A stretch of 64,000 bases of DNA from Candidatus Latescibacterota bacterium (GCA_965208835.1 OZ242358.1:1568001-1632000), one strand, 5' to 3'; counted from the first letter of the stretch, positions 1 through 9,956 are shown. Program-made: numbers and translations. Notes: a model not told the origin generated them from the letters alone.

Positions 1-52
1 CAATCCGGTCATTGCGTTCGCCGGCAGCCGTGTCTGTTGCGTCATCAGTCAT
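1..52 (-). CDS. 5' end of probable amino acid ABC transporter ATP-binding subunit (AapP-like), runs off window
   Basis: ATG at 52 with AGAGG RBS; MTDDATDTAAGERNDRI...; lies downstream of aapJQM in the position expected for aapP. Confidence 0.5.
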   Translation of the reverse strand, partial: MTDDATDTAAGERNDRI

Positions 53-65
53 TTTAGAAGCCTCT

Positions 66-156
66 AACCTTGATTCGTAAGTTCTCGTGGACGTAAATTC
101 GAATATGTGCTAGTTAATAAAGGCGATTAGAAGGCAGATTACCAGGATACACCAAG
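66..156. repeat. Intergenic repeat family A, copy 1
   Basis: AACCTTGATTCGTAA...GGACGTAAATTCGAATA...GATTACCAGGATAC similar to 5898-5959 and 52687-52775. Confidence 0.7.
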
Positions 157-185
157 TGACTGGACGTGTTTGTGACCTCTCCCTC

Positions 186-490
186 CGCCGCCCAACCACC
201 GGGTGAGACGTAAGACGGGAGAGGGGGAGACGACCAAACCCCGCCCCACCACCTGGTGAGAGGGGAGACGCAAGACGGGAGAGATTTCCTGCCTTGTAAG
301 GGTTCTTTTCGGGCCGAAGGCAAGAAGCTACGAAATATCGGGCAAGGACTTCATCTACCGTCTTCCCTCTAACGTCTCCCCGCATTTCTTCTACCGGCTC
401 CCGTCTACCCGCTTTTGGTCTTCCCTCTACCCTCTACCCGCATTCAGGCTCATTGTGGCCAATTTGCCTGGTGTCTTTTTCGAATTGAGG
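186..490. repeat. Intergenic repeat family B, copy 1
   Basis: CGCCCCACCACCTGGTGAGA...GGGAGAG...TCTACCGTCT motif shared with five other intergenic copies. Confidence 0.75.
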
Positions 491-1609
491 CTAATCGTCC
501 TTGTGGCCGGTGTCCAGCTTTCGTTCAAGGTAGAGCGAGTATCGCGACATGGCAAAACATGAGATGAAGAAACCCAGCGCAACAAATATGTAGAGTTCGG
601 TCGACAGTCCCTGCCATTTTGAGTCGGCAAGCGCTGCGCGGCCGATTCCGAGAGGATCAAGGAGGCCGACGACGATGACCAGGGTCGTGTCCTTATACAG
701 TCCGATAAAGGTATTCATGATGCCGGGTATGGATATCTTCAGTGCCTGCGGCAGAATGATCAGCCGAATGCTCCTGGCATAGTTCAGACCCAGTGCATCC
801 GCTGCCTCGAACTGTCCCTGCGGAATCGCTGCCAGACCGCCTCGAACCACTTCGGCGAGATATGCGGCCGAAAACATGATCACCATAATGATGACGCGAA
901 GTAACAGATCAAAGTACGTACCGGGCGGCATGAAATAATTCAAAAGCGTTGAGGCGACGAACAGCAACGTAATCAGCGGTACGCCACGTATGAATTCGAT
1001 GTACCAGATGCTGAGCGTCCTGACAACCGGCATTGACGAATAACGTCCCAGCGCCAGGGCAATTCCAAGTGGAAGCGAAACGGCAATTCCGGTCACCCCG
1101 ATCAGCACCGTCAGCAGGAAACCGCCGAATTTGGATGACTCGACATGCTCCAGTCCAAACCACCCGCCCCACAGCATACAGAACGCGAAGGCCGGGTAGA
1201 TCAATGTAAACCGGAGCCAATATTTCCGCCCTTTGACGCGGTCATACAACAGCGGGATCAGGGCGACGAAAAACAACACAAACGTCAGATTGACCCGCCA
1301 GCGCAAGTGCGCCGGATAAAAACCGTACATGAACTGATCGAATCGTATCCGCACCACCGACCAACAGGCGCCCCCTGCGATTTCCCGGCATTCTCTTCGG
1401 TGTCCGACTTCTGCAAATACCGCGTCGAAGAACATCCAATTGGCAACCGGCGGGATGATCTGGTACAGCAGGTAGATCGACAACACGGTCAGTACGGTAT
1501 CGATCGGGCTCGAAAACAGATTCCCGCGAATCCAACCCACGACACCAACCTGGGTCCTCGGTGGCGGCAGTTCTCGATGCATATCCTGCTCAGTTGAACT
1601 CCTGGCCAT
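491..1609 (-). CDS. aapM: General L-amino acid ABC transporter permease
   Basis: Membrane protein with EFIRGVPLI and AYLAEVVRGGL..IPQGQFEAA motifs; operon context. Confidence 0.9.
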   Translation of the reverse strand: MARSSTEQDMHRELPPPRTQVGVVGWIRGNLFSSPIDTVLTVLSIYLLYQIIPPVANWMFFDAVFAEVGHRRECREIAGGACWSVVRIRFDQFMYGFYPAHLRWRVNLTFVLFFVALIPLLYDRVKGRKYWLRFTLIYPAFAFCMLWGGWFGLEHVESSKFGGFLLTVLIGVTGIAVSLPLGIALALGRYSSMPVVRTLSIWYIEFIRGVPLITLLFVASTLLNYFMPPGTYFDLLLRVIIMVIMFSAAYLAEVVRGGLAAIPQGQFEAADALGLNYARSIRLIILPQALKISIPGIMNTFIGLYKDTTLVIVVGLLDPLGIGRAALADSKWQGLSTELYIFVALGFFISCFAMSRYSLYLERKLDTGHKDD

Positions 1610-1613
1610 CAGT

Positions 1614-2771
1614 TCATCGCTCCACCAGTGAGATTCTCTTGTTATACCAGTTCATAAACGCGGATATCGACAGTGAGATGGAAAGATAAATGGCCAGCAC
1701 AATGGACATGCATTCCAATGCGCGGCCGGTCTGGTTGAGCGAAATGCCGCCAATCGTCGCGACGATATCCATATATCCCACGGCGATGGCAAGTGATGAA
1801 TTCTTCGTCAAATTGAGATACTGGCTGATCAGGGGCGGGACGATGATCCGCAGCGCTTGCGGCAATATGATCAGCCGCATGGTGAAATTCGGTTTAATGC
1901 CCAACGCGTAAGCGGCTTCGGTCTGGCCGTAACTGACGGCCAGAATGCCCGCTCTGACAATTTCAGCGATGAAAGCACCCGTATAAACCCCGAGCGCAAG
2001 TGTCAATGCGAGAAACTCCGGACTCAGGACCAATCCGCCTTGAAAGTTGAACCTTTTAAACGCGGGAAGTTCGAATTCAACCGGGAACCCGAGAAGCCAG
2101 AACGCCAGCAGCGGAAGCGCAATGGTCATCGAGACGTTCGTCCAGTACACCGGATACTGTTGTCCGGTCAGTTCCTGTTTGCGTTTCGCGAACCGGTAAA
2201 AGTAACAGGCGCCGCCAATCGCAACAATCAGCGCCGCGATGACACCCCAGAATTCAGGTTCGAATATTGGTTTCGGCGAATAGACACCGCGATTCGTCAG
2301 AAAAAACACATCGACCGCGGACAAAGCCTGCCTGGGGTGAGGCAGGTTGTGAACAACCACCCCATGGCACAATAATATCCACAGCAGAACCGGAACATTG
2401 CGGCTGAATTCAACGAATAAATACGAAATCCTGTTGACCAGGAAATTTGAGGACAGTCGCGCAACACCCGCGGTAAATCCAATCAGGGTCGCGAGTATGA
2501 TACCAAAAAACGCGACCAGAGCCGTATTGATCACGCCGACAATGGTCGCTCGAAGATGCGTGCTGCGCGAATCGTATTCGATCAGATGTTGATTGATGTC
2601 GTAGTTGGATGGCGTGAAAAGAAATGCGTAATCGACGTCTCTGCCAATCCGTTCGAGATTGTCGAGCGCATTGCGAACGAAAAAACCGAGCAGCGACAGT
2701 ACGACGACGATCGCAACGATCTGAATGATCAGTTGCCGGGACTTTTTTTCACGCCAGAGGTTTCCCAGCAT
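1614..2771 (-). CDS. aapQ: General L-amino acid ABC transporter permease
   Basis: FIAEIVRAGI..GQTEAA and YLNLTKNSSLAIAVGY motifs. Confidence 0.9.
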   Translation of the reverse strand: MLGNLWREKKSRQLIIQIVAIVVVLSLLGFFVRNALDNLERIGRDVDYAFLFTPSNYDINQHLIEYDSRSTHLRATIVGVINTALVAFFGIILATLIGFTAGVARLSSNFLVNRISYLFVEFSRNVPVLLWILLCHGVVVHNLPHPRQALSAVDVFFLTNRGVYSPKPIFEPEFWGVIAALIVAIGGACYFYRFAKRKQELTGQQYPVYWTNVSMTIALPLLAFWLLGFPVEFELPAFKRFNFQGGLVLSPEFLALTLALGVYTGAFIAEIVRAGILAVSYGQTEAAYALGIKPNFTMRLIILPQALRIIVPPLISQYLNLTKNSSLAIAVGYMDIVATIGGISLNQTGRALECMSIVLAIYLSISLSISAFMNWYNKRISLVER

Positions 2772-2866
2772 AACTCACACGGAAATACAGTCTATGAATT
2801 GTCTCGCTGCAGGGCTTGAACTGTGCTGGCGCATGCAGATTGCATGCACCAGCTGCATAAGTTAAT

Positions 2867-3907
2867 TTACCGGTAAGGGGGAGCGTATAACAGGCCGCCA
2901 TCGGTCCACAGCGCATTGACGCCTCTCTCAAGTCCGATGTCGGTGTTCACGCCGAGGTATCGTTCGAATATCTGGCCGTAGTTGCCAACCGAGGAAATGA
3001 CGTCGACAACCCAGTCCGCACCCAATCCGAGCATTGCCCCGTACTCGCCTTCAGAACCGAGCATTCTGCTGATTTCAGCGTCTTTGCTCACCTGACCGGC
3101 CATTTCAGCGACATTGTCTGAGGTGATCCCCTTTTCTTCGGCGATGATCAGGACGTTCAGTACCCAGCGAACCACGTCGCCCCATTCATCGTCGCCGTGT
3201 CGAACGAGCGGCCCGAGGGGTTCTTTGGATATGATTTCCGGCAGGACGACGTGGTCATCCGGATTGTCCAGTGCTGCGCGAGTTGCGGCAAGTCCCGAAC
3301 GGTCTGTCGTATAGACGTCGCAACGTCCACCAAGGTAATTCTGACGCGCTTCTTCATTCGATTCAATTGGAACAGGCTCGTATTTCATCTCGTTGCGACG
3401 GAAATAATCGGCCAGATTCAGTTCCGTAGTCGTACCGGTCTGAATACACACGGAAGCGCCGTCGAGTTCGGTTGCGCTGGACACGCCCAACGAAGCGGGA
3501 ACCATAAAGCCCTGTCCGTCGTAGAAACTCACTCCCAGAAAAGTCAGCTTCAGATCAACGTCACGACTGTAAGTCCACGTCGTGTTTCTGGAAAGTATGT
3601 CGATTTCACCGGCCTTGAGTGCCTCAAAGCGGGTCTTTCCGGTCAAGGTCGTGTATTTGACTTTCGATGCATCGCCAAACACCGCTGCTGCAACACCTTC
3701 ACATAGAGCGACGTCAAATCCTCTCCAGTTACCCTGATCGTCGGTAAAGGCAAAGCCCGCCAACCCTGTATTGATGCCGCATTGAAGGTGTCCTCGCGCC
3801 CGTACGTCGTCAAGCGTGCCGGCATGACTGAGCCCGGTAATTGCAAATCCGGCCAGAGCAAGGACAAGCGAACGAATTTGGATCCGTTTCATCGACAATC
3901 TCCTCAT
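2867..3907 (-). CDS. aapJ: General L-amino acid ABC transporter substrate-binding protein
   Basis: Signal peptide; LSRNTTWTYSRD, CIQTGTTTELNLADYF, ISKEPLGP motifs. Confidence 0.92.
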   Translation of the reverse strand: MRRLSMKRIQIRSLVLALAGFAITGLSHAGTLDDVRARGHLQCGINTGLAGFAFTDDQGNWRGFDVALCEGVAAAVFGDASKVKYTTLTGKTRFEALKAGEIDILSRNTTWTYSRDVDLKLTFLGVSFYDGQGFMVPASLGVSSATELDGASVCIQTGTTTELNLADYFRRNEMKYEPVPIESNEEARQNYLGGRCDVYTTDRSGLAATRAALDNPDDHVVLPEIISKEPLGPLVRHGDDEWGDVVRWVLNVLIIAEEKGITSDNVAEMAGQVSKDAEISRMLGSEGEYGAMLGLGADWVVDVISSVGNYGQIFERYLGVNTDIGLERGVNALWTDGGLLYAPPYR

Positions 3908-4071
3908 TGGAGGTTAGTTGCTATAAACCCGCAGACCACCGAATTGCAGCGAGTGTGTTCCAAATATTATACGAAGGCCGATCATCTTTCCCAAGAGGTT
4001 GTTTCAGCAACCGTGCTGTCGTTCAGGAAACTCGGCGGACGCCGGATCGACCGCCGTAAGAGAGAGACAAT

Positions 4072-5436
4072 ATGAAACGCGAGCATATCTTCGCCCACTA
4101 TGAACAGGACGCGACGCGGTACTGGAAGCTGAGGGAGGGCGGGTACGCCAGCCCCATGAGTGTTTTTCAGGGTGAGGAGGTCACATTTCACATCTCGAAT
4201 TCCAGATCGTACTATGACGTGTTCGTGTACCACGAAGGCGCCGGACGGCGTCTCGTCAAGGAGATCACCAACCTGCGAGGCGCGCTTCCGCCGATACCCG
4301 AGTTCGGATACCGCGACGGATTCGACTGGCCCGCGACGGTGGGATTCCGGGTGCCTGTCGACTGGAAGAGCGGCGTCTATATCGCCAGTTTTCCCACCGC
4401 CCAGGGCATCCGCGAGATCCTGTTCGTTGTTCGTCCGCGGGTTCCTGCCGCGCCGGTCCTTCTCACGATAGAAACAAACACCTACGCCGCGTACAACCCC
4501 GTGGGCGGCAAGAGCCTTTTTCACTACCTGTCGACCGATCGGACCCACAGCGACCTGGTGACGTTCGAGCGGCCGCTGCAGCCGGACATTATGGGCGGAT
4601 TCTACGCCTGGGACCAGTTCATCACCTCGTGGCTGGACGCGGAGGGTTATCCGGTGGACTACTGTGTCAACGCGGACCACGACCGGGAACAGGAGCTTCT
4701 CGACAACTACCCCGCACATCTCAGGATCGGCCATGGAGAGTATACCAGCCGCGAAGAATGCGAACAGCTTCAGCGCTTCGTGGCCGGCGGCGGGAACCTG
4801 ATCGTGCTGGCGGGCAACTCCTTCTCACACCTGGTGGAGACACGGGACAACGGACGTCAGCTCCATTGCGCCAAGACCCGGTACAAGAAGCATCCGCTGG
4901 GCACGCCAGAGGATCCGCATACTTCCCTGCTCCGCGGCATCGACAACCTTCGTCAGCGTACCATCGGGGTTTCATACACGGCCGCCGTCCACGCGAAGAC
5001 CAGGACGCCCGGCGTGTTCATTGCGCCTACATCCGAAGAATACGGATTCTTCCGCGTGAGCCGGCCGGATCACTGGGCGTTCGAGGGTACCGGATTGGCA
5101 GAAGGGGACGAGTTCGGGCGCGAGGACTCGATCGTGGGCGTGGAATGCGACGGCGGCGACATCGCGTTCAGAGACGGCAAGCCCTTTTTCACGGGCGGCG
5201 ACGGCATCAGCCCGCACTACCGAATCATCGCAATCGGAGACGCCGAGGACCACGGATTCAACGCGGACCTCGGCATTCACTACGACCGGTTCTACGCCAC
5301 CATCGCCGTGAACGAGACGGAGTTCAAGGGTACGGTCTTCACCGCGGCAACCATGGAATGGTCGCACGGACTGTACAGGAATGACGGTCCGGTGGCGCGG
5401 ATCACCCGCAACGTCCTGGATCGTCTCGGGCGGTAG
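4072..5436 (+). CDS. N,N-dimethylformamidase beta-subunit family domain protein
   Basis: WKSGVY, TYAAYN..GGKSL, VTFERP, GH.EY and GTVFTAATMEW motifs typical of this family. Confidence 0.75.
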   Translation: MKREHIFAHYEQDATRYWKLREGGYASPMSVFQGEEVTFHISNSRSYYDVFVYHEGAGRRLVKEITNLRGALPPIPEFGYRDGFDWPATVGFRVPVDWKSGVYIASFPTAQGIREILFVVRPRVPAAPVLLTIETNTYAAYNPVGGKSLFHYLSTDRTHSDLVTFERPLQPDIMGGFYAWDQFITSWLDAEGYPVDYCVNADHDREQELLDNYPAHLRIGHGEYTSREECEQLQRFVAGGGNLIVLAGNSFSHLVETRDNGRQLHCAKTRYKKHPLGTPEDPHTSLLRGIDNLRQRTIGVSYTAAVHAKTRTPGVFIAPTSEEYGFFRVSRPDHWAFEGTGLAEGDEFGREDSIVGVECDGGDIAFRDGKPFFTGGDGISPHYRIIAIGDAEDHGFNADLGIHYDRFYATIAVNETEFKGTVFTAATMEWSHGLYRNDGPVARITRNVLDRLGR

Positions 5437-5511
5437 GACGAGTATCCTCACACGAACGCCCTGCGACAGGTGGCAATCTACGCGCTATCACGACGTGATC
5501 AACCAGAATCC

Positions 5512-5659
5512 GGAGCGAGGGCATCCTGCCCTCGAACTTCGAGCAACCCACGAGTTTCCGCATCAAGGGCCAATCGCTTCCGTTCCATCCGAAACGACAT
5601 CTGGAATGACAGCGCCAGGGCCTGGCGAATTTCCATCGAGGGCAGGATGCCCTCGCTCC
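5512..5659. repeat. Inverted pair of palindromic REP-like units (REPIN-like)
   Basis: GGAGCGAGGGCATCCTGCCCTCGA (5512-5535) and its exact reverse complement (5636-5659); each unit is an internal hairpin. Confidence 0.75.
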
Positions 5660-5897
5660 CGGGAGAGGCGACTCTGACATTTGCTCCTGTCAACACCGGT
5701 TTTGTCTTTGACAAAAGCACCGGCTTTAAATTGGACATTGAAGACAGGATGGTGAGTGGATCAGGGTGGCACGACCTCGTAAGAATCTGGCAGTTGTTTT
5801 TGGACGAAGGCAAACAAGATCCTTGAACGGGTAGGTGATTGCTCAACGAGCTCGGCCCTGGGAAACGGGTGGAATTGAAGGGCTGCCCGTAGATTCA

Positions 5898-5959
5898 AAC
5901 CTTGATTCGTAATTGTTCGGGGACGTAAAACCGAATAAATGCAAGTCCAATCCTAGGTT
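5898..5959. repeat. Intergenic repeat family A, short copy
   Basis: AACCTTGATTCGTAA...GGACGTAAAACCGAATA; ends in an imperfect inverted AATCCTAGGTT. Confidence 0.6.
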
Positions 5960-6099
5960 TCCAGTTGATGTTTTTCAACCCTTGCCCGCAACACGGTTAA
6001 CTCGTCACCGATCCTGTTCAATGTCTTGCTGATATACAGTAGTTGCAGCAGGATGAAGAACAGAAACATCCCGTTAATCACCAGAAACGCAGTGTTCAT
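5953..6099 (-). CDS. Small single-pass membrane protein (48 aa)
   Basis: GGAGG RBS before ATG 6099; hydrophobic N-terminus FLVINGMFLFFILLQLLYI. Confidence 0.6.
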   Translation of the reverse strand: MNTAFLVINGMFLFFILLQLLYISKTLNRIGDELTVLRARVEKHQLET

Positions 6100-6239
6100 G
6101 TAACCTCCGTTCAAGAGTGCGGACAATACCGGCATAGTTTAGGGCGCGAGCGTAGAATCGTTGCTTCTTCCCACGCCAGGTGATACTTCCCAAGCGGCGC
6201 CTTCCTGACCGTGCCCTGATATGTTTCTTCATCCCACTC

Positions 6240-6385
6240 CAGGCGACCCACGTAAGGTCGGCGAGCGAGGGCACTTCGACAGGCCGTTTCGACAAGCTCA
6301 ACGCAAGCAGCGCAAGCAACGTAGCGAAATGGGATGAATCGGCGGTCGAATGGTGAGGGATTTTCGGGACAGGACACCAGATTTC
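6240..6385. repeat. Intergenic repeat family C, copy 1 (island left edge)
   Basis: CAGGCGACC..CGTAAGGTCGGCGAGCGAGGG...ATGAATCGGCGGTCGAATGGTGAGG..GGGACAGGACA matches 33490-33590. Confidence 0.75.
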
Positions 6386-6569
6386 AATATAGCGACAGAT
6401 CGTTGAATTAGCATTGATTTTATCGTCCGTAGTTTTGAATTTTTCGTGAAATTCGCCTATTTTCGACCTATTCTGAGGCGGCTTTTCACGAACCTCGAGG
6501 ATTCCTGCCGTTTTTTTCCATCCATCAGACATTCATCTGGCATCGGAATTCCGGAACAGGCTCCGATCA

Positions 6570-6705
6570 ATTGCCTCCAAATAAGAGAAATATAACCCAC
6601 CCTTTGCCAACTATGCTTTCGGCTTCCAGGCACTCACGTTTTCGCAGCAATTGTGGAAAGCAATTTCGACCATGATCACAATGCCGTTGACGCCGGTCCT
6701 GTCAT
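6570..6705 (-). promoter_or_regulatory. Degenerate duplicate of the 5' region of the 7286-7501 gene
   Basis: Colinear similarity to 7503-7635, including GCCTCCAAA (GGAGG RBS), CCCTTTG.CAAC, GCAATT..GGA.AG.AATT.C and TTGAC.CCGGTCCTG. Confidence 0.55.
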
Positions 6706-6719
6706 GATGATCCCGGTTC

Positions 6720-6758
6720 AAAAAAAACAGCAGCGCGTCACCGCGCTGCTGTTTTTTT
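6720..6758. terminator. Bidirectional intrinsic terminator
   Basis: A8-CAGCAGCGCG-TCAC-CGCGCTGCTG-T7. Confidence 0.85.
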
Positions 6759-6883
6759 GAAATGAGGCTGATTGCCTATAGCGATTTCATGATGGTTATC
6801 ACTGTATTGTGGAATCCGTGGACAATGGCAGTGACCCAATTGGACCAATCAGCCCTTGGACTCTGTCGCCCAGGGGCTGTTTT

Positions 6884-7099
6884 TTAAGAATAATGCTTGT
6901 GAACTGTCTTCGGTAACCCGTGTTTCCTGCGAGGATTCATACAATCTTCCTTCTCGCAGAGCAGACCGGGTCGGCCCGGCTTGTAAGTTCCATCTCGACA
7001 CCTGTGGAACACGCACGCGTCCTTATCGTCGTAACTGCAATCAATACAGATGACCCGAAGCAAATATCGACAGCACCACCACTTGAATAGAGAATTCAT
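6884..7099 (-). CDS. Cys-rich small protein (71 aa, 8 Cys), function unknown
   Basis: AAGGAGGT RBS, own sigma70-like promoter, downstream hairpins and terminator. Confidence 0.7.
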   Translation of the reverse strand: MNSLFKWWCCRYLLRVICIDCSYDDKDACVFHRCRDGTYKPGRPGLLCEKEDCMNPRRKHGLPKTVHKHYS

Positions 7100-7129
7100 T
7101 TGATACCTCCTTTGTCCGGGTTGTCTATT

Positions 7130-7158
7130 ACATTAAGCCAGTCGACAGACGTTGTCAA
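7130..7158 (-). promoter_or_regulatory. Sigma70-type promoter of the Cys-rich gene
   Basis: TTGACA (7158-7153), 17-bp spacer, TAATGT (7135-7130). Confidence 0.6.
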
Positions 7159-7285
7159 TGACGATCCCGGAACTTCCTCCGCATTCGTCCTCACCAAAGC
7201 CGTTTCCCGGTATAGACTTCGTGGAGCACCCGAGAGTCCGGCTTTTTGAGCTTGCGGTCCCTGAGCACAGACAATGCAAGCATAC

Positions 7286-7501
7286 TCAGCGTCCCCGTTT
7301 GGGCGGGTTCTTCTTTGTCCGGCCGCCCTCGTCTCTTCTTTTTCTATCCCTCAGGATGTCGTCTGCGGACACTTTTGCATCGCGTTTTTCGATGACCCCC
7401 TCTTCCTCGTCGTCGCCTTCCTCGAACGTCTTTTCGTCATTGTCGTCGTCCTTGCGTTCCACGACTTCCTGGATCATTTCGAGTGCGACTTTGTATTGCA
7501 T
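7286..7501 (-). CDS. Small highly charged protein (71 aa; acidic middle, basic C-terminus)
   Basis: GGAGG RBS before ATG 7501; MQYKVALEMIQEVVERKDDDNDEK... Confidence 0.55.
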   Translation of the reverse strand: MQYKVALEMIQEVVERKDDDNDEKTFEEGDDEEEGVIEKRDAKVSADDILRDRKRRDEGGRTKKNPPKRGR

Positions 7502-7766
7502 AACCGCCTCCAAAATAGAGAAACAAAACTCGCCCTTTGTCAACAATAATGATACCCTTTTGTAGTTCGCGTTTCTACGGCAATTTCGGACAGAAATTGC
7601 AACCATGAGCAAAGCGTCATTGACCCCGGTCCTGCCGCCAGGTCCGAGCATCAGATGTCAATGATCGCATCTATGCGTCCGGTGCAGGCTCGGCCAGATC
7701 CGGCCACCTGAAATACGATTGAAGTTTCGGACTATCCGGCGACATTTCATAGTGATATCGGTATCT

Positions 7767-8540
7767 TCAATGACTGTCTCTAAACGGAAATGCAATTTTT
7801 GCGACTCCCATTTCGCGCTCCAGCCAACTCTCGAAGATGATATCGCGAATCTCATTTCGAACGGCCTCCGAGAGAGTTGCGCGATGAACGTCCTGAACCA
7901 AGTACAGGCCGTATCCGTTTTCAACCCTTACCGGTCCCACGATAGTTCCCGGCGACGCCGCAAATAGCAGCGGAGAAACGCCTACGGGCAATTGAGAACG
8001 CCGTACGCGTCCCACGAAACCACAAGCCAAACGTGTTTCCGGATCGTTCGAGTATCGCAATGCGAACCCGTAGAAATCCCGCGACTCCTCGGTCATCTGG
8101 ATTGCGAGTTCCTCGGCAACGGCTTCATCCGCCACCAAGATCCAATATACTTCCGCTTCATCGAAATCCAGAGTGTGTTCGGCAAAATAAGGCTTGATGC
8201 GCCCTTTCGTCACTCGCTCGGCGAGCGCACAACATAGCAGCTGGTGTTCGACTATTGAAGCCACATCATAAAGTGCCACTCCACGTGCTGCTAGCCACGC
8301 ATCTGTATCCTCGACGCGTTCCAATTGATGTATATATCGCCACTCATTTACCTCGGCCTGCAATGTGTCATGGTCAATGCGCACGCCTTCGCGCTCTGCC
8401 AATTGTCCGATTAAGTGTCTTCGGGCGCAACCTTTGAACAGATCCAGGGCGTCTAGAGCGGCCAACTCACGAATCAACCCGGAAAAGGAAATGACTTCGT
8501 CGTTCACAACAACTACGGCCGGGTCTGAGTAATCGGCCAT
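7767..8540 (-). CDS. PpiC/rotamase-like peptidyl-prolyl isomerase (export-associated foldase)
   Basis: ILVADEAVAEEL..F..FALRYS.DP....CGFVGRV.RSQLP...LFAASPG.IVGPV parvulin-type domain; adjacent to hlyD. Confidence 0.8.
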   Translation of the reverse strand: MADYSDPAVVVVNDEVISFSGLIRELAALDALDLFKGCARRHLIGQLAEREGVRIDHDTLQAEVNEWRYIHQLERVEDTDAWLAARGVALYDVASIVEHQLLCCALAERVTKGRIKPYFAEHTLDFDEAEVYWILVADEAVAEELAIQMTEESRDFYGFALRYSNDPETRLACGFVGRVRRSQLPVGVSPLLFAASPGTIVGPVRVENGYGLYLVQDVHRATLSEAVRNEIRDIIFESWLEREMGVAKIAFPFRDSH

Positions 8541-9956
8541 CTAATCCTCCTCCTGGGAGGAGAAGCCTTCAGACTCACGAAATCGCCGTAAAGGCCGCAA
8601 CAATATATCCAGCACTGTCTTGCGGTCTGTCACTATCTCTGCACTCCCCTTCATGCCATACATCAGCCGCTTGGACTTCCCGTTGACGTAAGTCGTGGAT
8701 TCTTCCAACTCTACAATACCGCGAAATACCGGCCCAAGAGTAGGTTCGTCAGTCGCGTCGGGCACCACCTTGAGTAGCTTTCCCCGCTTGATTCCATATC
8801 GGTCAAATGGAAACGAATCGTATTTCAAGCGTACCACCTGCCCGGGTCGTATGCGCCCGACGTCATTTCCTGAAATCAGCGCTTCAGCTACTATTGGCAC
8901 GTTTGCGGCTGCAAGTTTGGCCAGTGTTTGTCCCTTGGACACCACCTGTCCTAACGTGTTCACAAAAACCCGCGTAATTACCCCCGCCTCGGGCGCCAGA
9001 ATCAGGTCCAAATCGGATTCAAGCGCACGATCCACAGCCTGCCGCGCAGTTTGATAACGCAGCCTCGCCTCCTCGAATGCGTGACGGACCGCGGCGGCTT
9101 CTTGATTAAGGCGGATTTGCGCTTCCAGAATCTGGCGCTTCAAATCCTGGCCGGTTGTCTCCATGCGATGAATTTCGTCCATTCGGTTCGGCAATTCAGC
9201 TAGCGCGCTAAAGTATTGTACGCGAGCTTCATCCAGGGCCGAACGGCTGATAAGGCGATTCTCATAAAGCTTCCTGCTCGACTCATATCTCTGCCTCAGA
9301 TAATTGTGTTCTTCCGAATGAAAGAGAATCTCCGCCTCCAATTTCGTGCGTTCAGGGTTGTTGTTTGTGTCGTTCGATGATTTTTCAGAGTCAGCTCGAT
9401 AGGCATCCACGGCCTGTTCATGAGTCTTAGTCAAAGCTTGGATTATCTTCAATCTGGATTCCAGAGACTCAATCATCTCACGGGTTAAGTGCTGCTGTTT
9501 CGGTAGAGCTTGCTGGTAATCATATTCGGCCTTCAGGAATTGGACCTTAGCCTGCTCCAATTCTCGGAGTTCGACCAGTGTTTCCCGTGAGCGTAGTCTG
9601 AACAGCACCTGCCCTCCCTCGACTCGGTCGCCTTCAGTTACGCGGATCTGCTCGACTTCTCCCCCTCGAGGAGCTTGCACCGTATTCAACTGCCCGAGTG
9701 GGACCAATCGAAAAGGCGACTGTGAAACGACATCGACCTTAACTAGGCCTGCCCAGAGCAATGCCGATAACACGAAGAATACAACAATGTAAACCAGTGC
9801 CCGGGTGTACACTGGACGTAGTGAGCCGAAAAGCTCGGCTACGGCGCCAGACGGTTCGGTGTCTCCAACTAATTTTAGACCTGGATGGGGCAACTGTATC
9901 GGCCTACTTTCTGTGTTTGTGCAATTAGCACGTACGAATTCGACCGTTGCGTTCAC
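8541..9956 (-). CDS. HlyD-family membrane fusion protein (type I secretion adaptor)
   Basis: N-terminal TM helix, biotinyl-like halves, coiled coil, DVGRIRPGQ.VRLKYDSFPF.RYG, GMKGSAEIVT. Confidence 0.92.
   Translation of the reverse strand: MNATVEFVRANCTNTESRPIQLPHPGLKLVGDTEPSGAVAELFGSLRPVYTRALVYIVVFFVLSALLWAGLVKVDVVSQSPFRLVPLGQLNTVQAPRGGEVEQIRVTEGDRVEGGQVLFRLRSRETLVELRELEQAKVQFLKAEYDYQQALPKQQHLTREMIESLESRLKIIQALTKTHEQAVDAYRADSEKSSNDTNNNPERTKLEAEILFHSEEHNYLRQRYESSRKLYENRLISRSALDEARVQYFSALAELPNRMDEIHRMETTGQDLKRQILEAQIRLNQEAAAVRHAFEEARLRYQTARQAVDRALESDLDLILAPEAGVITRVFVNTLGQVVSKGQTLAKLAAANVPIVAEALISGNDVGRIRPGQVVRLKYDSFPFDRYGIKRGKLLKVVPDATDEPTLGPVFRGIVELEESTTYVNGKSKRLMYGMKGSAEIVTDRKTVLDILLRPLRRFRESEGFSSQEED

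Noticed and set aside
186-490. Repeats considered as a CRISPR array
   Set aside because: No regularly spaced identical repeats with unique spacers, and no cas genes in the window.
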